Positions 17,807 through 26,768 of a stretch of 46,741 nt of DNA are shown here, piece by piece. Origin of the DNA: Hyphomicrobiales bacterium (lineage in GTDB: Bacteria > Pseudomonadota > Alphaproteobacteria > Rhizobiales > Aestuariivirgaceae); contig JANNSP010000288.1 in the NCBI GenBank assembly GCA_031402975.1, positions 1 through 46,741 on the forward strand, read 5' to 3'. Below the pieces are notes generated by a model, which had not been told where the DNA came from, searched no databases, and saw only the letters and a program-made list of their open reading frames with translations. Both the position numbers and the translations under genes were made by a program. Each line of letters starts with the position of its first letter. Positions within the stretch are counted from its first letter, which is position 1.

Positions 17807-18862
17807 ATGCAGTCTGGTATCGCTGGTGTAAAGCAGGCCGCGCTCCCCGAACGCGATGCCGATATCGTCCGCTTCAGTTTTCTGCTGTTGCCCGAGTTTC
17901 CCCTCTACGCCCTGGTTCCGGCGATCGAGGCTCTGCGCATCGCCAATCAGAATTTCGGCCGCAAGCTCTATGACTGGCGCCTGCTGTCGGTCAGCGGCGC
18001 GTCGGTCAGGGCGGGCAACGGCATGTCGCTCAGCGTCGATGCGACAATCGACGAGATCCCGTGGTTTCCGACCGTCATCGTGTTCGGCGGCAATCATCCG
18101 GTGCAGCAATTCAGCAAGCGCCTGCTGAACTGGCTGAGGCGGCTGGCGCGCCACGGCAGCGTGCTGGGTGGAGTCGACACCGGCGCTTTCGTCCTGGCGG
18201 AGGCCGGATTGCTCGAGGGCCACCAGGTGACCGTGCACTGGGAAACCGTTACCACGTTCCGCGAGCGCTATCCCTCGATCAGGGTCAGCGAGCAGCTTTA
18301 CCTGCTCGACCGCGACCGCATTACTTGCGCCGGCGGCCATGCGACGCTCGACATGATGCTGACACTCATCGCCAGGCGTCATGGCGCCGCCTTCGCCCAG
18401 CTTGTGGCCAATGCCTTCGTGTCGCAACGCCTGCGCCGCGAGGGCGAACCGCAACGGCTCGAACCCGAACATCTGACCGGCGACAGCCATTCACCGTTCA
18501 CCCGTATCCTGCATGACATGGAGGAGAATATCCGCACGCCGCTGTCGGCCCATCATCTGGCGAAACGGGCGGGCGTTTCGATCCGCGCCCTGAGCCGCGT
18601 GCTGCGCGAGCGGATCGGCCAGCCGCCGATGCGCTACTATCGAAAAATCCGCCTGCAGGCGGCGCGCAACGCGCTGTTCTACAGCGACGGCCCCATCCAG
18701 GACATCGCGCTATCCTGCGGCTTTGCCTCGCCGGAAGTGTTTTCACGGACCTTCAAGGAACATTTCGGCCTGTCGCCGCGCGAATTCCGCCGGCGTTTCG
18801 CCAGCGACGAACTCAAGCGCTTCCGGCCCGAACTCGATCAGCAGCTCCGGGCCGGCCCCTGA
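17807..18862 (+). CDS. GlxA-family (DJ-1/PfpI plus AraC HTH) transcriptional regulator
   Basis: FLLLPEF...IEALRIAN, GVDTGAFVLAEAGLL, TVHWE, TCAGG; C-terminal double HTH (IALSCGF...FSRTFKEHFGLSP). GGAG RBS. Confidence 0.92.
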   Translation: MQSGIAGVKQAALPERDADIVRFSFLLLPEFPLYALVPAIEALRIANQNFGRKLYDWRLLSVSGASVRAGNGMSLSVDATIDEIPWFPTVIVFGGNHPVQQFSKRLLNWLRRLARHGSVLGGVDTGAFVLAEAGLLEGHQVTVHWETVTTFRERYPSIRVSEQLYLLDRDRITCAGGHATLDMMLTLIARRHGAAFAQLVANAFVSQRLRREGEPQRLEPEHLTGDSHSPFTRILHDMEENIRTPLSAHHLAKRAGVSIRALSRVLRERIGQPPMRYYRKIRLQAARNALFYSDGPIQDIALSCGFASPEVFSRTFKEHFGLSPREFRRRFASDELKRFRPELDQQLRAGP

Positions 18863-18871
18863 GGCGTTGGC

Positions 18872-19645
18872 CTACTGCGCCAGAAAGCCGCCGTCGACGG
18901 GGAGCGTGTGACCGGTGATCATTGACGAAGCGGGACCGGCGAGGAACAAGATCGCGGCCGCCACTTCTTCCGGCTCCGCCAGCCGCCTGAGCGGCGTCAT
19001 GCCCACGATCTTCTCCACCAGCTCCGGCTGCGCCAGGATCGGCGTGATCAGTTTTGTCCGCACATAGGTCGGCGCCACGGCGTTGACGCGGATGCCATGC
19101 CCCGCCCATTCGACGGCGAGCGCCCGCGTCATGTTGACCACCGCGCCCTTCGTCGCCTGATAGGAGATGTTGGGATAGAGGCCGCCTCCCGACAGGCCCA
19201 TGATCGAGGCGATGTTGACGATGGCGCCGCCCTTGCCTCTGGCGATCATGTGACGCGCGGCGCTCCGCGCACAGAGGAAAACGCCCGTCATGTTGACCGC
19301 CACGACGCGTTCCCAGTCGGCGAGCGCCAGCTCGGTCGAGGGCCGGCGGATGGCGATCCCCGCATTGTTCACCAGGATATCGACATGACCATGATGTTCG
19401 ACGGTGCGTGCGAAAAGCCGCTCGACATCCGCTTCAAGGCTAATGTCGGCGCTGACGGCGAATGCGGAGGGGCCGATCTCCGCCGCCACTTCCTCGGCCG
19501 CAGTCACGTCCCGGTCGGCGACAACCACTTTCGCTCCGGCCTGCGCCAGCAGCCCCGCCGCAGCCCTGCCGATGCCGCTGCCCCCACCGGTGACGACGGC
19601 GACGGCGCCCGAAAGGCCAAACAGATTATCGAGTGCCGCCGTCAC
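18872..19645 (-). CDS. Classical SDR oxidoreductase (probably NAD-dependent, sugar or sugar-acid type)
   Basis: TGGGSGIG, VADRD (acidic residue suggests NAD), NNAG, YQATK (YxxxK), IRVNAVAP, VDGG. GTG start at 19645. Confidence 0.9.
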   Translation of the reverse strand: MTAALDNLFGLSGAVAVVTGGGSGIGRAAAGLLAQAGAKVVVADRDVTAAEEVAAEIGPSAFAVSADISLEADVERLFARTVEHHGHVDILVNNAGIAIRRPSTELALADWERVVAVNMTGVFLCARSAARHMIARGKGGAIVNIASIMGLSGGGLYPNISYQATKGAVVNMTRALAVEWAGHGIRVNAVAPTYVRTKLITPILAQPELVEKIVGMTPLRRLAEPEEVAAAILFLAGPASSMITGHTLPVDGGFLAQ

Positions 19646-19652
19646 GCGCGCC

Positions 19653-20711
19653 TCAGCCGATCCGGAGCTCGGTCTTGGGATCGAACACCAGCAGCCGCGA
19701 CGCATCGATGCCGAGGGTCAGATCGTCGCCAGGGTTGAGGGGCTCGCCCGCTTCGAGGTCGGCGATCACGCTGGTTGAGCCTAAGCGGAACGTGACGATG
19801 ACGCGCGTGCCCGTGACCTGCACCAGATCGACTTTCACGTTCATCCCGGCCTGGCCTTCCACGGCGCGATAAATGTGCTGCGGCCGAAGGCCCAGGATCA
19901 CGGGTCCCTCGGCTGTGGAATTTTTCGGCAGGGCCAGGCTGTCGCCGCCCTCGACGACGGCCTTGCCGCGCTCGGCCACCGCCTTGATGAAATTCATTTT
20001 CGGGCTGCCGAGAAACGCCGCCACGAATACGCTTGCCGGGCGGTCGAAAAGTTCCAGCGGCGGGCCTTCCTGCTCGATTCTGCCGTCGCGCAGAAGGACG
20101 ATGCGGTCGGCCAGCGTCATGGCCTCGATCTGGTCATGCGTCACATAGATCATGGTACGCTTGAGTTCTTGATGCAGGCGCTTGATCTCGGCCCGCATGT
20201 CGTCGCGGAGTTGTGTATCGAGGTTGCTCAGCGGTTCGTCGAACAGGAACAGTCTCGCGTCGCGCACGATGGCGCGGCCGATGGCGACGCGCTGGCGCTG
20301 ACCGCCCGAAAGTTCACGCGGACGCCGCTCCAAGAGCGCGCCTATGCCAAGCATCGAGGCCGCCTGCTTCACCCGGCGCTCGATATCGGCCGAGGCGGTC
20401 TTGCGCGCCCGGAGGCCGAAAGCGATGTTCTCGTAAACGCTCATATAGGGATAGAGCGCATAGCTCTGGAACACCATGGCGATGTCGCGGTCGCGCGGCT
20501 TCTCCCAGGTGACATCGCGGCCGCCGATCTCGATCCGTCCGCCGTCGGCCTCCTCAAGTCCGGCGATGCAGCGCAGCAGCGTCGACTTTCCGCAACCCGA
20601 CGGCCCGACCAGCACGGTAAATTCGCCCGACGCCACTTCGAGGTCGATGCCGCGCACCGCATGCACCGCGCCGTAATGCTTGTGAAGCTGCAAGATTTTA
20701 AGATCCGACAT
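19653..20711 (-). CDS. MalK/UgpC-type carbohydrate ABC ATP-binding protein
   Basis: GPSGCGKS, LSGGQRQR, DEPLSNLD, YVTHDQIEAM, FLGSPKMN. Confidence 0.93.
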   Translation of the reverse strand: MSDLKILQLHKHYGAVHAVRGIDLEVASGEFTVLVGPSGCGKSTLLRCIAGLEEADGGRIEIGGRDVTWEKPRDRDIAMVFQSYALYPYMSVYENIAFGLRARKTASADIERRVKQAASMLGIGALLERRPRELSGGQRQRVAIGRAIVRDARLFLFDEPLSNLDTQLRDDMRAEIKRLHQELKRTMIYVTHDQIEAMTLADRIVLLRDGRIEQEGPPLELFDRPASVFVAAFLGSPKMNFIKAVAERGKAVVEGGDSLALPKNSTAEGPVILGLRPQHIYRAVEGQAGMNVKVDLVQVTGTRVIVTFRLGSTSVIADLEAGEPLNPGDDLTLGIDASRLLVFDPKTELRIG

Positions 20712-20714
20712 GAT

Positions 20715-21542
20715 TTACCCTTTGACCGCGCCGAGCGAAATTCCGCGCACCAGATAGCGTTGCAGCAGGCTGACGGCGATGAAGACCGGCAGCGTGCCCA
20801 AGACCGACATGGCGCCGATCTTGGCCCAGAAGGTCGACTGCGAGCCGAAATACTGGCTGATCTGCACGGTGAAGGTGATCACCTCGGTGCGCGTCAGGAC
20901 GAGCGCGAACAGGAACTCGTTCCATGAGAACACGAAAGCGAAGATGGCGGTGGCGATGAGCCCGTTGCGCGCCATCGGCACGGTCACGTTCCACAGCACG
21001 CTCAGATGCGAGTGGCCGTCGACGAGGGCTGCTTCCTCAAGTTCGATCGGCACATCCTGCAGGTAGCCGCGCATCATCCATACCGCATAGGGCAGCGCGA
21101 AGGCGGTATAGAGCAGGATGAGGCCGGCATAACTGTCGGCCAAGCCGATCAGCGCATAGGCGAGGAAAATCGGAAACACCACGGCGATGGGCGGCAGCAT
21201 GCGCTGCGACAGGATCCACACCGCCAGATTGTCGCCGCCGGTCTTGAACCTGACGATGCCATAAGCGCAGAGCGTGCCCAGAACCATGGCGATGAGCGTG
21301 CTGACGCCGGCGATCACCAGGCTGTTCCACAGCGACCACACGTCGCCATCCCTGAACAGGGCGGTGAAATTGCCGAATTGCGGCTTCGACGGAAACCACA
21401 CCGGCGGAGACTTGAAAATCTCCTCCGGCAGTTTGAGCGACACCGCGAACATCCAGTAGATCGGAAACAGGGCGATCACCAGAACGACGACCGACACCGC
21501 ATACCAGATGACGCCACGGAGAACGGAGTTGCGCTCTCTCAC
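20715..21542 (-). CDS. Carbohydrate ABC permease, MalG-like
   Basis: VPIELEEAALVDG, SWNEFLFAL, C-terminal GAVKG. GTGA overlap with the upstream stop. Confidence 0.9.
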   Translation of the reverse strand: MRERNSVLRGVIWYAVSVVVLVIALFPIYWMFAVSLKLPEEIFKSPPVWFPSKPQFGNFTALFRDGDVWSLWNSLVIAGVSTLIAMVLGTLCAYGIVRFKTGGDNLAVWILSQRMLPPIAVVFPIFLAYALIGLADSYAGLILLYTAFALPYAVWMMRGYLQDVPIELEEAALVDGHSHLSVLWNVTVPMARNGLIATAIFAFVFSWNEFLFALVLTRTEVITFTVQISQYFGSQSTFWAKIGAMSVLGTLPVFIAVSLLQRYLVRGISLGAVKG

Positions 21543-22447
21543 CGCGCGATCTCCATGCGCTTGAGCACGAGAGTGACCGCGACCGAAAGCAGGATCAGGA
21601 GCACGACGACCAAAGCCGCCGCATAGCTCGTCTCGAAACTCTGGAATCCGCGGATATACATGAAGATCGAAATGGTCTCGGTCTTGTTGCCGGGCCCGCC
21701 TCTCGTCAATTGCCACACCGCGTCGAAAATGCGGAACAGGTCGAGGGCGCGGATCAGCAGCGCGATCCCGAGAACAGGTGCGATCGCCGGCAGCACGATG
21801 CGGAAGAACACCCGGAAGCGGCCCGCTCCGTCGATCGCCGCTGCTTCAAGCTGCTCGCGGTCGACATTGGCCAGTGCCGCGAGCAGGATGATGAACATGA
21901 ACGGCGTCCACTGCCACACTTCGGCGATGAGGATCGCCCAGAAAGCGAGATGCTGCTTGATCACCCACAGCAGCACGATGGGCTCGCCAACGATCCAGCC
22001 GATGATCTGGTTGAACGGTCCGAACTTGTGGTCGAGCATCAGCCGCCACATCGAACCCGCCACCATCGGCGAAACCACGGCGGGCAGGACGAGTAGTGCT
22101 ACGAACAATTTCTTGAACGGCCGGTCAGCCTGGAAATGCAGAGCGAGGAGCAGGCCGAACAGGAATTCCAGTGGCAATGCCACCGCGAGGATGAGGAGCG
22201 TGCGTCCGAGCGCCGCCCAGACGCGCATGTCGAACAGTAGTTTCTGGTAATTGGCGAAGCCGATCCAGTTGCCGGCGCGGTTGGAGCCGGTCAGGTCCTG
22301 GAAGCTGACCGCAACCGACCACAGGAAGGGAAAAAGTCCGACGAGAAGCATGACGAAAACCGCGGGGCCGACGAACATCAGCCCCGCGGCGCGCCGGCCG
22401 CCCCAGAAGGGACGGCCGGAAACTGGCGTTACGGCGGCTGCCGTCAC
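21539..22447 (-). CDS. Carbohydrate ABC permease, MalF-like
   Basis: IGFANY, WQWTPF, EAAAIDGA, LTRGGPG. GTGA overlap with the SBP stop. Confidence 0.9.
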   Translation of the reverse strand: MTAAAVTPVSGRPFWGGRRAAGLMFVGPAVFVMLLVGLFPFLWSVAVSFQDLTGSNRAGNWIGFANYQKLLFDMRVWAALGRTLLILAVALPLEFLFGLLLALHFQADRPFKKLFVALLVLPAVVSPMVAGSMWRLMLDHKFGPFNQIIGWIVGEPIVLLWVIKQHLAFWAILIAEVWQWTPFMFIILLAALANVDREQLEAAAIDGAGRFRVFFRIVLPAIAPVLGIALLIRALDLFRIFDAVWQLTRGGPGNKTETISIFMYIRGFQSFETSYAAALVVVLLILLSVAVTLVLKRMEIAR

Positions 22448-23871
22448 TCGCGATAGGCCGAGGGTTTCGCCGCCCAGACCTTGTAGGCTTCACGCTGCTT
22501 GTCGACGCCGACGGACTCGGTGATCTGGTCCAATTCGGCAGCCAGAGCGTCGAGGGCGGTTTTGGGATCTTCGCCGCCGATCGCCGAATTCACCGCGCGC
22601 GATATGGCGTCCTGATACTTGAAGGTTTCGATCACCGAGAGATCGGCATAGCCGGCCGCCGCGGCGTCCTTAAGTGTCTTCAGATAATCTTTCGCGCCCG
22701 GCCAAAGTTTCTGATATTCGGGCGAGTCATAATGCGAATTGCGGAACGGATCCCGCAAGCCCACCGGCCGCATTGCATTCTTCAAGCTCTGTGTCTTGGA
22801 ATGCATCCACTGCACATATAGATAGGCCGCGTCCTTGTTCTTGCTGTCGGGCGATACACCCGAAAGAAAGCCTGACGCGAGCTGCGAATGCCCCCCCGGA
22901 TTCATCGCATAGCCAATCTTGTCCGCGACCTTGGTGGCCGGCACCCATGACAGCGCCTAGTCGTCCATATTGACGCCCTGCGTCCAGCGGCCCAACGGCG
23001 GCCACGAGATGGTCATGGCGATTTCGCCGGCATTGAGGGCCGTCAGGTTTTCCATAAAACCCCAGGTCTCGATGCCGGGCGCCATGCACTTGTTCTGCTC
23101 GACCATCTCGGTCAGCGCCTTGACGCCGGCCTCGCTATTGACCGTCGCCTTCATCGTGTCGACATCGAAGAACTTGCCGCCGTGGCTGCGGAAGCGTTCG
23201 CTGAAGAAGAAGTGCGTATAACCGGTGTTGATCACGCCCGCGCCATAGGTTGCCGGCTGGTATTTTTCGGTCAGGAAGCAGGCGATGTCGCCGAATTCCT
23301 TGTAGCTCTTGGGCGGCGCCAGGTCGTAGCCGTATTTTTCCTTGAAGGCTTTCTGGTTTTCCGGGTCCTCGATCATGTCCTTGCGGTAGTATGTCACCAG
23401 CACGTCGCCATCGATGACCAGCCCGTAAATCTTGCCATTATACGACATCCAGTCCCTGAATGTCGGATTGACATCGTCGAACTCGCTCTTGACGCCGTAT
23501 TTGTCGATATAGGGACCGAGGTCCTCCACCGCGCCGTTGTTCACGTAATCCGCGAGCATGGCGGGCGAGATCAGCACGACATCATAGCCGCCGGTGCCAG
23601 CCTGTTTTTCGAGCACGGTCTTGGTATAGATTTCTTCGTTGGGAAGTTCGACGACATTCACCTTGATGCCAGTTTGCTGCTCCCAATCGGCAGCGGTGTA
23701 TTGAGAATCGAGCAGGGCCTGAAGCCCGGCTTCGGCGACGACGGTGATTGACGAGCCGGAGAATTGCTTGGCCGCTTCGACGGCTTTCGCGCCGGCGTCG
23801 TCCTCGGCAAGCGCTGGTGTCGCCGCCAGCATGGCCAGCAAGGCGACGGTGGGAAGTAGTTTTCTTATCAT
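22444..23871 (-). pseudogene. Carbohydrate ABC solute-binding protein interrupted by one in-frame TAG at 22957-22959
   Basis: ORFs 22957..23871 and 22444..22944 share a frame: ...GVNMDD*ALSWVPATKVADKIG... Joined they make 476 codons of SBP with a Sec signal and AAGGAGG RBS. Confidence 0.8.
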
Positions 23872-23907
23872 GGGTTTCCTCCTTTGACGGTTTCGATCTT
23901 GGCGGTC

Positions 23908-25179
23908 TTACACCGCTCTGGCAAGTATGGCGCCTTGCGGCGCAGGACCTTTTATTCCGGGATCGCGGCCGGAGATGAGGTCGGCGGCGACCCGCCCCGA
24001 GCCGCAGGCAAAGGTCCAGCCGAGATGGCCATGGCCGGCATTGACCCATAAGCCGCGGACCGGCGTCTCGCCGATGATCGGCGTGCCGGCGGGCGTCACC
24101 GGGCGCAGTCCCGCCCAGATTCGCGCCGTCGCCGGGTCGAGATGGCGCTTCATTTCGGGGAAGGTGTAACTTGCATTGGCGATGATCGCCTCGGCTCGTG
24201 CCGTCGAGGGCGTTGTATCGTAGCCGGTGATTTCGGCCGAACCTGAAATCCGCATACGGTCGCCGACCGGCACCAGCCCGAACAGCTTGCTGTCGTCGAT
24301 CACCGGCATCGCGGGCGCGCTGTTCCAGGCGCCTCGCGCGAAGGTGATGGAAATGCCCTTGACCGGATAGATCGGCACGCGGATGCCGAGCCCCACCAAG
24401 AGCGGTGCTGTAAAACTGCCCATTGCCACCACCACCGTGTCGGCCGCGATCCGGCCTTTATCGGTAATGACGCCCGTGACTTTGCCGCCACTGGTTTCGA
24501 TGCCCTTGACCGTCTCGCCATAGCGCCAGGTCACACCGGCCGCGGCACTTGCCGCCGCCAACCCTTGCGTAAACTTGTTGCAGTCGCCCACTTCGTCGCG
24601 GGCGAAATAAAGCGCCCCGGCCAAAGTGGACTTCGTATCCTGCAAGGCCGGCTCGATCTCGACGCAGCGCTGAACATCGAGCCGCTCGTAGAGAAGTCCG
24701 CGCCGCGCCAGATCGTCGGCCTGGCGCTGTGCCCCATCGAGCGACTCGGGCGAGCGGTAGATCTTGAGCACGCCCCTGGTAGCGCGGTCGTAACTGATAC
24801 CGGTCTCGCTGCCGATCTCGTGCAGGGACTTCAGCGAATGCAAGGCCAGTTCGAGATTGGACAGCGAATTGGCACGGAATTTCTCCGGCGTGCAGTTGCG
24901 GGCGAAATCGATGCCCCAGCGCCACATCGCGGGAATTGCGCCATAGCGCAGCATCAGCGGCGCGTTTTCCTTGCCCAGCCACTTGACGATCTTGGCCGGC
25001 ATGCCGGGCTGCGACCACGGCTCGACCTCGCTGGCATGGATGACGCAGCCATTTCCCCAGCTCGTCTCGAGCGCGGCTTCGGGCTGGCGCTCAATGACCG
25101 TCACGTCATGTCCGGCCTTGCGCAGATACCATGCCGTTGCGGTCCCTACCGCGCCCGCACCCAGAACCACCGTCGTCAT
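23908..25179 (-). CDS. dadA: DadA-family FAD-dependent D-amino acid dehydrogenase
   Basis: VLGAGAVG, ETSWGNG, GDCNKF, IYPVKG, WAGLRP.TP, NAGHGHLGWT..CGSG. Confidence 0.85.
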   Translation of the reverse strand: MTTVVLGAGAVGTATAWYLRKAGHDVTVIERQPEAALETSWGNGCVIHASEVEPWSQPGMPAKIVKWLGKENAPLMLRYGAIPAMWRWGIDFARNCTPEKFRANSLSNLELALHSLKSLHEIGSETGISYDRATRGVLKIYRSPESLDGAQRQADDLARRGLLYERLDVQRCVEIEPALQDTKSTLAGALYFARDEVGDCNKFTQGLAAASAAAGVTWRYGETVKGIETSGGKVTGVITDKGRIAADTVVVAMGSFTAPLLVGLGIRVPIYPVKGISITFARGAWNSAPAMPVIDDSKLFGLVPVGDRMRISGSAEITGYDTTPSTARAEAIIANASYTFPEMKRHLDPATARIWAGLRPVTPAGTPIIGETPVRGLWVNAGHGHLGWTFACGSGRVAADLISGRDPGIKGPAPQGAILARAV

Positions 25180-25215
25180 GGCTTTCCATCCCGATGAAAC
25201 GCGCGACCGATCGCC

Positions 25216-25249
25216 TTGACCAATAGTGGCACGGGCAATACTGTGTCAA
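25216..25249. promoter_or_regulatory. Overlapping divergent sigma70-type promoters
   Basis: Plus strand TTGACC-N17-TACTGT; minus strand TTGACA-N17-CTATTG. TTGAC and GTCAA bound the element. Confidence 0.5.
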
Positions 25250-25270
25250 TCATCGAGGGGGCGTGTTCCA

Positions 25271-26353
25271 ATGCTGCGATCCGAAGTTCCGACGCCGGCC
25301 CTGCTTGTCGACATCGAGGCGCTCGACCGCAACATCGCGGTCATGCGCGAGGCCGCCCAAGCCATGGGCGTGTCGCTCCGGCCGCATGCCAAGACCCACA
25401 AATGCGTCGAGATCGCCCAGCGCCTTGCCGCCGCCGGCTCAATCGGCATTTCCTGCGCCACCATCGGCGAGGCCGAGGCCATGGCGCTCGGCGGCTTGCG
25501 CGGCATCCTGATCACGGCGCCGCTGACCACACCGCAGGCGCTGGACCGTCTCCGCTGCCTGCTGCTGCGCGGCGCCGATGTGGCGATCGTCGCCGATCAT
25601 CCGGAGAACGTGCCGCCCTTGGCCTCGATCGCCGCGGCCACCGGCCGTACGCTGCCGGTTCTGATCGATGTCGATGTTGGCCTTGGCCGCACCGGTTGTC
25701 TCGATGCCGGTGCCGCCGTCACGATTGCCAAGCGGATTGCTTCGGCATCGTCGCTTCGCTTCTCCGGCGTGCAGGCCTATTGGGGCCATCTCCAGCAGGT
25801 AATGCCGTTCAGCGAGCGCACCAGGCGTGTGGGCGAGCAGGTCGAGCGGTTGCGGGTTGTCATCGCCGCGTTGGGCGACGCCGGTCTGCCGCCCCCGATC
25901 GTCAGCGGCGGCGGCACCGGCAGCCACCGGATCGACGGCGCGTCGGGCATTTTCACCGAACTCCAGCCCGGCTCGTTCCTGTTTCTCGACTCCTGTTACG
26001 GCGCGGTCCCTTTGTCGGAGACCGGCAATCCGTTCACGCCGTCGCTGTTCGTGGCGGCGGCCGTCGTGTCCGCCAACAAGCCCGGCCGCCTGATCGTCAA
26101 TGGCGGCTACAAGGCGTTCGCCACCGACAGCGGCAAGCCGGTGGCCATGCGGGGCGGGCCCACGGGAGCGGTTTACAATTTCATGGGCGACGAGCATGGC
26201 GCGCTCGATTTCCACGGCCCCTCGCCACCCTTGGGCGCCATCATCGAATTCCTCACCTCGCATTGCGATCCGACCGTCAACCTCTATTCACAAATTTATG
26301 TAGTGCGCGGGGACGAGGTCGTAGACCAGTGGCAGATCAGGTCGCGCTACTGA
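25271..26353 (+). CDS. Fold-type III PLP enzyme, DSD1/D-threonine aldolase/beta-hydroxy-amino-acid aldolase or dehydratase family
   Basis: TPALLVD, RPHAKTHK (PLP Lys), GRTG, SGGGTG, ELQPGS, GDEHG, HCDPTVNL (metal ligands). Confidence 0.88.
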   Translation: MLRSEVPTPALLVDIEALDRNIAVMREAAQAMGVSLRPHAKTHKCVEIAQRLAAAGSIGISCATIGEAEAMALGGLRGILITAPLTTPQALDRLRCLLLRGADVAIVADHPENVPPLASIAAATGRTLPVLIDVDVGLGRTGCLDAGAAVTIAKRIASASSLRFSGVQAYWGHLQQVMPFSERTRRVGEQVERLRVVIAALGDAGLPPPIVSGGGTGSHRIDGASGIFTELQPGSFLFLDSCYGAVPLSETGNPFTPSLFVAAAVVSANKPGRLIVNGGYKAFATDSGKPVAMRGGPTGAVYNFMGDEHGALDFHGPSPPLGAIIEFLTSHCDPTVNLYSQIYVVRGDEVVDQWQIRSRY

Positions 26354-26354
26354 C

Positions 26355-26768
26355 ATGAAGATCGCCTATCCAGCCCATCCCGAAGTGCCGATCTCGAAAG
26401 CCGTGCGCGCCGGTGATTTCGTCTTCACCTCGGCCTATGGGCCGTGGACCTTCGATCCAGCCAATGTCAGTTTCGACGCTGCGGGCCGCGTCATCTCCGA
26501 CGGCACCGGCAACGAGGCGATGCCCTTCGACGAACAGGTGCACCGCACTTTCGGCTTCATCAAGTCAGCACTCGCGGCCGCGGACTGCTCGCTCGACGAT
26601 GTCGTCAACAGCGAATGCTGGCTTTCGGACGCCCGCGATTTCAACGCCTTCAACGCGATCTACAAAACCTATTTCACCAAGGATCCGCCGGTCCGTTCGG
26701 TGTTCCCCATCCAGTTCATGTTCCTGTGCAAGGTCGAATTGAAAGTCGTCGCCTACAGGCCGCTCTAG
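26355..26768 (+). CDS. Rid (YjgF/YER057c/UK114) family protein
   Basis: PISKAVRAGDFVFTS, LDDVV, DFNAFNAIYKTYF, PPVRS (catalytic Arg retained), KVEL. Confidence 0.88.
   Translation: MKIAYPAHPEVPISKAVRAGDFVFTSAYGPWTFDPANVSFDAAGRVISDGTGNEAMPFDEQVHRTFGFIKSALAAADCSLDDVVNSECWLSDARDFNAFNAIYKTYFTKDPPVRSVFPIQFMFLCKVELKVVAYRPL

Noticed and set aside
16685-18862. 601-aa and 608-aa overlapping ORFs suggesting Ldh_2/GlxA fusions
   Set aside because: These are divergent genes starting at 17752 and 17807; the extensions are antisense read-through of each other.
25227-25242. TGGCAC as a sigma54 -24 element
   Set aside because: The -12 position reads ATAC rather than TTGC, and no enhancer-binding protein gene is nearby.
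25271-26353. Beta-hydroxyaspartate cycle (bhcC)
   Set aside because: Same family, but bhcA, bhcB, bhcD and bhcR are absent from the window.
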